From: Isurus oxyrinchus
Taxonomy: Eukaryota
Direction: 5' to 3'
DNA length: 64,000 nt
Assembly: GCA_026770705.1 (NCBI GenBank)
Contig: JANJGN010000035.1
Coordinates: 6,882,001 to 6,946,000 of the forward strand
Made by a program: the position numbers and the translations under genes. Positions 53,911 through 64,000 of the stretch are shown in pieces. The first letter of the stretch is position 1. Each line of letters starts with the position of its first letter. Under the pieces are notes generated by a model, which was given only the letters and a program-made list of their open reading frames with translations, made no database searches and had not been told where the DNA came from.

Positions 53911-56129
53911 TCTACCTCCTCGATTTCAAGAACGAGTCTTGGGATTCTTTGTTTCAAAATAAACCATGTCTGGTAAGCTGCGTGAAAAGCTCCAATGTTC
54001 GGTGCTTGTAGACACAAACCAACTGTTATGAGCTTAAAAATTAAGACATTATTTACCTAATTGTCATTGGATGTCGAAAAGAAGGCTGCAAAAAGTGACA
54101 ACGAAGGAGCAATATACTGAAATGTCTCTGCGGTGGGGACTTGAATTGTCTGTAACTCCACACCATCATCTCAAGAATTGCCTGACCAATTGGAAAGAAT
54201 GGGTGACCAATTACGGTCTTGATTGCGAAAAAATATTTTTGTCACATGAGACGAGAATATGCAACTATTATAGCTTTAACCTTGCTTCAAGTTTTTCAGT
54301 GTGTCTGTGCTGATAATGAGTTTTACCATCACGAATATTTATGTGATATTTCATTAGACAGTTTTATGCATCGTGGTGCTGTTTTCTTTTTGCAATAATA
54401 TAATTTGTTCGGTCTGCTTCATATGTAAGGTCCAATTTGATCTCATTTTCTGAATCTGGAGGAAAATAAACCAATGTTTAAAAGTGACAAATCAAATACA
54501 ATTGCCATGATTGAAGCCATAAATTACCAGGGCTGATTTTAACTTAACACTCACGATGTTGACTATAGAAATCTTGAGAGCAGCACTGTCAGTGAGTGCC
54601 AAGGAAACAGTGTAACCGCTCTGATGCTTTTCTTGTGTGAATGTCATTTCATTCTGCCCACACAACCCAGTATGTTGGGTAGGTTTTGTTCCATGTAATG
54701 AAACATTGGGCAAATCAGAATGCAATGTTTGGCCCGAGGATCCAGTCATAAAGATACATATTGATAAAAGGTTCGTGCTGCTTTTAGTTTTTAATGCATT
54801 GATGTAAATTGTCATGTCAACTTCTTTGACGGTTTCGACATTTCAGTAGTCATTTGCGATGTGATGCACCCTCAAAACGAATAATGGGATTAAACTAATA
54901 CAACTTAGATCACTGGTTATGTCTTTGGCTAGCAGAGCACGCCATCGGTTCAGTTACAACGCCACTATTCCACCATAAATGTATCTTGCCTTATGTTCAA
55001 TTTCAGTAAACATGGTTGCTTCTAACAGCGATTGACTAGCACATCCACGAATTGCTTAATTGAATGTTGAGGTCTCTCGCGGTTGCAATCAAAAATTCTT
55101 CGCAGCTGCGTATCTGTGCACCTCGATAAGATTACTAGGATTTTTGGATATGGATATTCTGTCGATGTATATGTAAGGTTTGGTTGCATTCAGTTATTAC
55201 TTGGAAGCAATGTATGCTTTGCAATAATTGCTATACGAACTGCCTTTCATTGGAACGTTGCAAAATTTGAGTAGCCAGTGGACCGTCACAGATGAGGTAT
55301 TCTGGATTGCTGGGATCTATTTTCAGTAGCATTAAGGGAAATGGCCTACTACTTCCAACATTTTGGAACACAGGTAAAAAATGTTCCTTGGGAAATTTTG
55401 CATCCATGCAAGCAAGCCAATGGGCTTAGTTTAATGTTTCACCAAAGCGAAGATACCTCCTAATTGCACACTCGGTATGCAGTGGTGTGATTGGATTGGT
55501 TGTTAGTCCATCCGCTTCAGACACGAGTGAGACAAGGAAGCCATGGCTAACAGTGGTTGGCTGCAGAGATAAAGCAGGAGAGACTGCATTGCTATTCGTA
55601 GATGGTTAGGTTGGTTTTATAAATCCTTTTGCATATCAATCACACGTTGTTTAGTGATCATCGTATTTATGGGACGAAGAGCGAGAAAGCTGGAGAAGAT
55701 TGAGTTTAGAGCTAGCAGTGCCCAGAACTTGTTAGAAGCATCGTGTTGAAACTCAAAAAAGGAAAGCTGGATAAAACAGCTGAAATTATTCAAACTGAAT
55801 CATGTTTGCAGGCAATTAATTTGTTATGTTTTCCTACGATGATCTGAGTCTCCGGATTACATTTGCAAATGAACTAACCAAATGACGTTGAACAATTTGG
55901 TTTAGTTATGGCTCATGTCATAGAATAGACAGCTGGTAAATAATGTAAATATATCGTGGGAATAACAAAGTAAATGCAACAGCTTTATTTGCTTCTCTTC
56001 TAAGGGTGTTAAAGATAGTAACTAGAAACGCAAGAGGAGGGAAAAATATCTCAAAACTTTCATTTAGCACTTTTAGTCACAAAACATGGATTCTAAAATT
56101 CAGGTTGATATGAATATATCACATTAACT

Positions 56130-57625
56130 CCCAATTGACACCCCTCAATTATTTTCACATGCTCCATCTCTGACACTTCCTTCCCTTCATTGACCTCTCT
56201 GTCTCAGGTTCCGGTGATAGACTGTCCACCAATATCCATTACAACCGTACTGACTCCCATAGTTACCACGACGATAGCTTTTCACACACCGCTTTGTGTA
56301 AGGATTAAATGCCATTCTCTCAGTTCCTTTGCCTCTGTCGCATCTGTTCTCATGGTGCTACTTTCAAAAACAGTTCCACTGACATGTCCTCCATCTTCCC
56401 TAACCAAAGTTTTCCACCCACGGTGGTTAAGAGGGCGCCCAAACGTGTCCAGCCCATCTCCTGCACATTAGTCCTCACATCTTCTTCTCCCTCCCAGAAA
56501 GCTGATTGCCTCCCCTTGTCCTCACTTATCACCTCACCAGCGTCCGCATTCCAAACATCATCCTCCGCCATTTCTGCAAACTCCAGCATGATGTCACCAG
56601 CAAACAAAATTTCCCTTCACTCTCCAAGCAGCATTCAGCAGAGATTGTTCCCTCCGGGGCACCCTGGTCCACTGATCCATCACCCATTACGCCTCATCCC
56701 CTCCCACAGCACCATCCCAGGTACCGCAGAAGATGCAACACCTGCCCCTTTGCTTCCCCTCTCTTCACCATCCAAGGGTCCAAACACACATTTCAGGAGA
56801 AGCAACATTTCACTTGCACTTCTCTCAACTTAGTCTGCTGCATTCGTTGCTTCCAATGCAGTATCCTCTGCATTGGAGAGACCAAACGCAGACTGGGTAA
56901 CTACTTTGCAGAGCACCTTCGGTCTGTCTACAAGCCTTACCCACACCTCCCTGTCGCTTGCCATTTCAACACCCCACCCTGCTCTCATGCCAACATGTCC
57001 ATCATTGGTTGCTGCATTGATCCATTGAAGCTCAACTCAAACTGGAAGAACAGCACCTCACCTTCTGACTAGGCAGTTTACAGCCTTCCATATGGCATAT
57101 TGATTTCAACAATTTTAGATCATGAATTCTCTCCTCGATTCCCACCCGTTCTCCGATTTTCCCCATCCTTTTACTCTTTCCAATAATTTATATAGATTTT
57201 TTCTTTCCCCACGTATTTCCATTATTTTTAAATGTATCTCCATGCATTTTTTTTATCTCTACCTTTTAGGCTTTTTCGGTTCCTTTGACCCACACCACCC
57301 CCACTAGTGCTTTCTGTATCTTGCGTGTCCTGTTTTCTAGCCCTAATTAGCACATTCTTTAGATAATATCACCACCTTCAATACCACTTTGTCCTTTTGC
57401 CTGTGACGTATTTTGGTTACCTCCACAAACTTTGGCCCTCTCTCCAGCTCTTCTTGCCCCACCCTCCTTTACCCCTTATACCAGCTTATATTTCAGCCCT
57501 TTTCTATTTTTCTCTTAGTTCTGTTGAAGAGTCCTGCGGATTCGAAATGCTAACTGTACGCTTCTTCGCTGCCAGATGCTGCCAGAGCTGCTAAGATTTT
57601 CCAGGTATCTTTGTTTTTGTTTTGT
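56130..57625 (+). mobile_element. Penelope-like element (RT C-terminus, GIY-YIG endonuclease, 3' pLTR region)
   Basis: ORF 56506..57072: PLVLTYH...RRRCNTCP...FTCTSLNLVCCIRCFQCSILCIGETKRRLGNYFAEHLRS...PVACHFN, a PLE GIY-YIG with both Tyr residues changed to Cys. Typical tail agatgctgccagagctgctaag. Confidence 0.93.
57517..57556 (+). ncRNA. Degenerate minimal type I hammerhead ribozyme motif of the Penelope element
   Basis: agtt-CUGuUGA-a-gagucc ugc ggauuc-GAAA-ugcu-aacu. Stem II pairs and stem I (agtt/aact) pairs; the core and stem III are mutated. Confidence 0.55.
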
Positions 57626-57653
57626 GACACATTAACTCAATGACTCATATAAC

Positions 57654-57792
57654 CGCTGAAGCATGCCAGAAGCTCGATTAGCTTCACAACAGAACACTGC
57701 AGAATGCAAATTTGAAAGGTAGTTAGACAGGAGAACGGTGAAGTGTCAGAAATACTTCTCATCTGCAGCATCATGAATATCGTTTGAATTCC
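57654..57792 (-). pseudogene. Decayed copy of the repeat-module exon upstream of the NLR
   Basis: GG AAT TCA AAC... gives GNSNDIHDAADEK(+1 nt)ISDTSPF...QICILQ. DEK falls at codons 10-12, exactly as in exon A. gaacggtgaagtgtcagaaatacttctcat compares with unit 3 gaatggtggagtgtcagcaactttctcat. Confidence 0.55.
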
Positions 57793-59149
57793 CCAAAGGT
57801 GTAATATATAATGTATCATGAACGAAATGAAACTGTTTTTACCTTGCTTAGCTGGAGTACAGCAACAGAGAAATTTACGTAAATTTAAGCCGGAATTTAT
57901 CTACCTTAATCTACATGGATATCAGCACTTAAGATACAGTGATAAAAGATTGGGGAACCTTCTTTGATATCAGTGGAAAATCATAAGAGATTTACCAACA
58001 TAATATCAATCATAAAACATTTGTTATAATTTACCATTTGTCCCAAATTATGAAAAGGATTTGGAGAACCACAGCGACATATATCGCAGTTAAGTACACT
58101 TTCCTTGAAGTGAAAAATAACCTGATTTATGTGCCACCATTAAAATTGTAAAGGAGCTTCTAAAGGTTTTTCAATGCTGCAAGGATAGGAAAATCGAATG
58201 ATCGATGAATATGGGTTACAAAACGTTTAGAGTGAACGAGTTTGAATTACAGTTGAAGTAAATACTTGTGTAATGAAATGAGGTGCACATAGTGTAAAGG
58301 CGGAGCTGTGTATTGCACAGAATCTGCCCCTTCTGATCCCTGAATTGTATGTATTCCACCATTTTAACTGCCTGCATCATTACGCTTGTTGCAGACAGAG
58401 TAACCTTCAGTTTCTTGGGAGGGTACTTCCTCTTTGTGCAAGAAATAGGAAAGCTGGAACGACAGTCGATCATTTAGTATGTGGAGAGTTCCCATCCGTT
58501 AACACGTTCAGGGCCGATGTCCGAGCAACCTGCACTTCACAGTATTTGTCATGTTTCCCATAATAACTATGGTTAACCAAAAATAAGTCTCACTTTTAGG
58601 GTGAACATTTGACGCCACACCAGATATTATTTATGACACAGATAATCACTTTTCAAAATGGCGTTTGCCACCGTTAATGAATAAAAGTGTTTCAGAACTC
58701 CTTTGCTAAAGATGTATATTTTTTCCAACCTACTCAACTTAAACAGTTTCCCGGCGTCTTCCCAAACATTTTGCCATACCATATTGATATGTTCATTTAA
58801 ATAATTACCTAACCTTCTAAATTTGATGTATAATGACCTGGAATATATATGGACCTTCTTCAGGGAATTTAACCCTAGGAGTTCAAATATTGTTTTGGTA
58901 AATATGTTGTGTTCTCAATCCATGGCCAAAATACTAGGGCATGGCGCGCAAATGGCTGGACCTGCAAGATTAGGCTATTTGGCAAAGGAACTGTGAGGAA
59001 AGGAAAGTTTTTTTTTGTGCTGCCAGTGGTTGGGTTGTCGAAGGCACGACCAACGTGCCTTGGTGGCGGCAAATCCTATCATTCCTTCCTTAATGGAGTT
59101 AGATAAATGAGTGAAGTGAAATCAAATGCAGAGCTCCAATTAACGTCCC

Positions 59150-60694
59150 AGGATGATTTCATAAAGAGCCGCAAGAGGGAGTGAGTAGGCATACTTCCCA
59201 AAGAGAACAGAAGGCAGTGCAGTGAGAAATTATAAAGAGGTGCAAGAGCAAGAGAGCAGCAAGACTTCATAAAGAGGAGTGAAAGGGAGAATAAAAGACG
59301 ACTGGGGAATGACAGGTGAGGAAAAACTTTTCATAAAGTTTGCAGTATGTCAGTGCAGCTCCGCCATGAAGAATCAGCATCCTACCAATGTGCAAAATCA
59401 CGCAGGCACAAAGAGAAATCGAAGTCTACCTCTATAGGAAATGTTACCAGCTGCAGACACTTAAACTCTGTGCTGCAGAACGTGAGCAGCAAGGGAGTCA
59501 CTGTGATGCATCCGCAAGTCTGAGGATTCCGTTGATAACAGGGTTAGAGAGGCGTTTACACAACAGCTAAGAAGTGCACATGCTAAATGGAATGGCTAAC
59601 TGCCAGAATTCCTAACAGGAATATGCATGACGTGTCGGAGTCCTCTGAGGCTATCTCGCATCCAAACAACTATCCCATTATGGATAGCGGAGATCAAAAT
59701 GTTTCCTCAGGGAATACTAGCAAGAACCAAGTCCGCGGTGCGAATGGTGTCCCAGCTGCAAAGGGGAAGAGGAGGAATATAGATATCCGCAGGTGATAGG
59801 AGTTCTGTAGATAGAGGAGCTGGCATTTCTTTATGTGGCTATTGACTTGACGCAAGTATTGTGTGTTGTCTCCGCGTTGCCAGAGTCAAAGGTGTGACAG
59901 GTCAGCTGCAGGACATTATTTTAGTGGAATGCGAAAAGCACGAGGTTGTGGCCCATATTATGACAAATTACATTTGCAGAAATGGGGCAAGGCCATTAAA
60001 GCACGGTTCAGGGCTGTAGGAAAGAATTTGTAAAACAGGACCTCAAATGGGTAATCTGAGGATTGTTACCAGTACCATATGCTAGTAAGGAGAAAGTAGA
60101 GAGATTGAGCAATTCACTACTATGCTAGAGAAATGGAGTGACAAGGAATGCTTTAGCTTTCTGATGCACTGTGGCCGGTTCTGGGGCAGGTGGGACCTGT
60201 GCAAGAAAGTCGGTATACACATTTAAGAAAGGAGGACAAATGTCACCGCAGGGACTTTTGGCAGTGCTGTCTGGGAGAGTTTCAAATAGTTTGCTAGAGG
60301 AATGTGGAGCGGAGGGGAAATTCAGACAGGAGGGGATAAAAAATGACAGTCTGGTGTAGAGAAGCGCTACTTATGAATAAAATATTCTAAAGAGCTTCAA
60401 GTTAAATATAATGCTTGGAGAATTTGTTAGAAATAGTTTAGGCTATAGTAATACATTAGAAAGTTTCACAGTAAGGGGGAAAGTTAAACGGCCTAAATTA
60501 GCATTAATGTGCATTTGTGTAAATGCACAGATTGTGGTTAAGATAATGGGTGAGCTACAGGCACAGGTTGACAAAACAATCACAAAAGAATGACATTTTT
60601 GAGCCCGGCCTAAAGGAGGGACATGTCTGGGAGATATGTATTCCTGGGTACAAGTATATAGGATGGACAAGAAAGGATGAAGAGTGTGTTTGCA

Positions 60695-60726
<32 letters not shown>

Positions 60727-63310
60727 AACAGGTGAGTGGAGGAGACATATTTTTAAACATGTTATTACATTACTGGGGGTGAGGCTTTTCCTGAGGGTTC
60801 AAGGGCAGGAACTCTCCACTAGAGGTAATGAATGAAAAATGTGTAATAACGTTGATCGGTCTAGTTTATAGACCACCCATTATTGGAAGGGATCAAGCGG
60901 AAAAATGCAAATAAATTGCAGAGTGGCGTCAGAATTATGGATTTATTATAAAGGGGGACTTAAATAATGCAAATACGCCATGGAATATGAATGGTTAAAA
61001 CGGACAAGCTGGGCGAGATTTCATGGATTTCTTTCGAACAAACTTTCTGCAGCAGTATGTTTCCACGCCAACGATATGACAGGCACTTTTGAACATGGTT
61101 CTGGGCATTAAGTTGACCCCTGTGGATCAAATAACAGCGGGGGAGCATTTCTGGGACAGAGACCATTTTAGCATTACGTTTAGATTTGCCAATAAAAAGG
61201 TCAATAGCAATCTGGAGCAGGGGTATTTAATTGGGAACTGCCAAGTTCGATGGGATGAGAATGCAGTTGAGTTGACTGACTTGAAACAAATGCTTGCTGA
61301 AAAGTCAGTTTCTGAACAATCGGCTCATTCAAACATGATATTGAAAGCAAATGCAAGGCTTATTCGATTGAAGGGGAAAGATAGATCAAATAAATCCAAG
61401 ACGTCCTGGATAGTGAGAGGTAGAGGTGAAGATGAAAAGCAATAAATACTCATATTACAGATGTCAGCTAGGAAATGAAATGTAGCATCAAGCTGAACAC
61501 AAAACGGAGCATAAGTGAAAACATTAGTTAGAAAAGTAAGGAGTAAGCATGGAAAAGTGATGGCAGTTATCACAAAAGGGAGTTCCAAGCTCTCTAATAC
61601 ACATGGAAATAATATGTGTGCCAAAAGAGAGCTTAGGGCCAATTAAACATTTTTTTAAAACGGGGCTTACATGTGGAGGCAGTAGAAGTAGCACAGGTTT
61701 CAAACAATCACTTTCCATTTTCTTTTTACAAAGGAAGAGAATGCTACAAAGGCCTAGGTGAGAAAGGAAATTACTGGAACACCCGATGAAATAAATTTGA
61801 CAAGGAGGAGTTACCATTAATTTAATAGATAAATGACAGGACCAGATTTGATGCATCCAAGGGCACAGAGGGAGGTGAGAGACAACCACTCAAAGGCACT
61901 GGATACAATCTTCCCGTCTTACTTAGACACGTGTGGTGCCGGGACACTGGGGAATTGCGAATGTAAACCCATTGTTCAAAACTCGTGCAAGTATAATAAC
62001 TGGCATTTGATTCCAGACAGTTTGAATTTATTGAAGAGAAGATTCTGAAAACTATTTTTCGGGACGAACTCATTATGCACTTAGGGAGCTGTATAATAAT
62101 GGAGGGAAATCAGAATGGATTCAATAAGAATAAATCATTTTCCACTAACATCCTGGAGTTTTTTGAGGTATTAACAGTATACACTGATAACGGCAGCGCT
62201 ATTGATGTCGAGTAAACGGGTTTCAAAAGGCATATGATAAAGTTCCAAAGTAAAGACATGTGAACACAATCCTTGCTCAAGGACTAAAAGGGGAAGTAGG
62301 CAGATGGATATGAATTTCGCTGAGTGGTAGGAACAGAGAGCAGTTGGTGTTCCCAAGGGATTAGTGCTGGGACCCTTGGTCTTCCTGATATATATCAATT
62401 GACTACATTGTGGCGTTCAAGGCATAACTTCAAAATTTGCCGATGATACGAATATTGGATTCTTTATCAACTGTGATCAGAAAAGTATTGAGCTTCAAAA
62501 GGACATAGATATATTGGTACCATTTGAAGATCAATGTGCAGAAGTGTGAGATGATTAAATTTGGCCAGACCAATTATCAGAGACAAGAAAAATCGATGAA
62601 GAGACACTTAAGGAGGTGCAGGAACAAATAGACCTTGATTGCAATGCACGTACATGATTGAAGGTTCATTTACTGAAAGTCCTGGCATCCTATGTTTATT
62701 TAATAAGGACATTGAGTGCACGAGTAAGGCGCAATTTCGAATTTGTATAAAACACTAATTAGGCCTGATTGGTAGTGCTGTCTCAGGTTATGGTCGCCAC
62801 ACTTGAGGAAGGGTATGCAGGAATTGGAGAGGTTACATAATAGGCTCACAAGAAGTATACAGGGGATAAACATCTCTGGCTATGAGGATAGTTCTGAGAG
62901 GCTGAATCGCTTTTCTTTGAAGAATAGAAGGCTAAGAAGAAACTTGATAGACGTATCCAAAATCCTGAGGTGTAAATAGTGAGAACTCTACCCACTCAAG
63001 TGTGCATCAAAAGCTAGAGCAGACGAGTTCGATATATTGTGGAAAATAAGAGGAAGTGATATTAGGAAAGACGATCCCGCAGAGGGTGATTGGAGTCCAG
63101 AACAAACTTCCTAAAATATTCGTGGAGATAGGTTCGATCGAGGCATTCGAAGAGGAATTGGAATACTAACTGAGAATAAGGAATGTGCAAGGTTAAGAGC
63201 ATAATGCGCGGGAGTTCGTACAGGTATAATGCTGTTTCAGAGAGCATGTGCAGACAGGATGCGGCGAAAGGCCTCCATCTGCAGTGTAAAATGTCTGCGA
63301 TTCCACTGTC
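59150..63310 (+). mobile_element. Near full-length CR1 LINE (esterase ORF1 and ORF2), decayed
   Basis: ORF1 remnants (YRKCYQL, CCLRVARV, GLLPVP, FWGRWDLCKK..IHL). Endonuclease (MCICVNAQ, VYRPP, GDLN, RDHFSITF). RT (GPDLMHPR, GVPKGLVLGPLVFLIYIN, KFADDT). Tail ggcctccatctgcagtgtaaa. Confidence 0.92.
60694..60722 (+). repeat. (TG)n microsatellite inside the CR1
   Basis: Direct tgtgtg run. Confidence 0.9.
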
Positions 63311-64000
63311 TGACATTATCGATTCAGATCTTATGTAAATGACCGTTTCCCTCACCACATAATTATTAAGGAGTCCTGTTTCTGAAATAAAATAGACTTG
63401 TCATCAAAATAACTCTCTATTGCATTTCAGCACAGCCGAACAACCTCATATTCATTCAGAGATCTCTATCCGTTTCGCCGTCACCTTTAGCCAGATTTAC
63501 GTGCATTGGCCGCTCCTGCTTCACTCCGCCTTCATAATTCAGACTCATTTGCTCTCCCTCCGTTATCTCTGCCGAAAAGAGTGCCTCAATTTGAAGTTCC
63601 TCATTAACTGAGGTCATGTGTTGTGATTTATATGAACTTATTTTTCAGGTATTAAAAACGACCTCTTCCCGTCATTGGTCGGATTTACAGAGAGGCCGTT
63701 TGCCGCTTACAGTCGATAAAGTAGAAAGAGTAACAACATTTTTAACCATTTAGTTCAAGAAGCTCCAATGCCTAATGGATTGCACATACCAAAAGAGAAA
63801 CGATTGAAAAACTAATAAAATGGAAGGGACAGTTATATATTTAGCCTATTTCCAGTTTGAATTATGAGCCGACAGCCAGTTGAAGTTTTGTCCACAGATC
63901 CACCCAATCTAATGCTAAGATAAACTTCCTTCGGGCATATACTCGTTAGCTGGCCAAGAATTCTCAATTCAGACCCAGCCTTTCGCCAATATCAGCCATT

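Noticed and set aside
54600-54760. Further repeat-module exon (ends AGC G|gtta, like 57654)
   Set aside because: Only a ~10-nt match, no AG acceptor and no residue register with A or B.
55420-55560. tRNA gene
   Set aside because: No cloverleaf; at best a decayed minus-strand SINE head.

Overview
This is vertebrate genomic DNA, most likely a cartilaginous fish (shark or ray), judged from its NLR, CR1, Penelope and Deu-SINE content. I found no intact protein-coding gene. (1) A minus-strand, multi-exon NLR pseudogene (death-fold + NACHT + RI-type LRR) spans ~22.2-51.9 kb and probably extends 5' to at least ~57.8 kb. It carries stops, frameshifts and dead splice sites. (2) Bases 1-16.5 kb are a degenerate tandem array of ~6 kb cassettes that runs off the left edge. 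The cassettes carry two paralogous 167-170-nt, phase 1-to-0 minus-strand exons (A and B) encoding an unrecognised acidic/polar ~56-aa module. A decayed copy of the same module lies upstream of the NLR death-fold exon, so the array may be an expanded N-terminal repeat region of a neighbouring NLR. This is the main candidate novelty. (3) The ~18 kb stretch between the NACHT exon and the first recognisable LRR exon holds ~9 kb of strongly C/A-skewed degenerate satellite, including a templated inversion bounded by a perfect 15-bp direct repeat. (4) There are many decayed LINEs, among them near full-length CR1s (one nested precisely inside an older LINE) and a Penelope-like element with a degenerate hammerhead motif. 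All alignments and family assignments were made by eye and from recalled consensus sequences; no searches were run.
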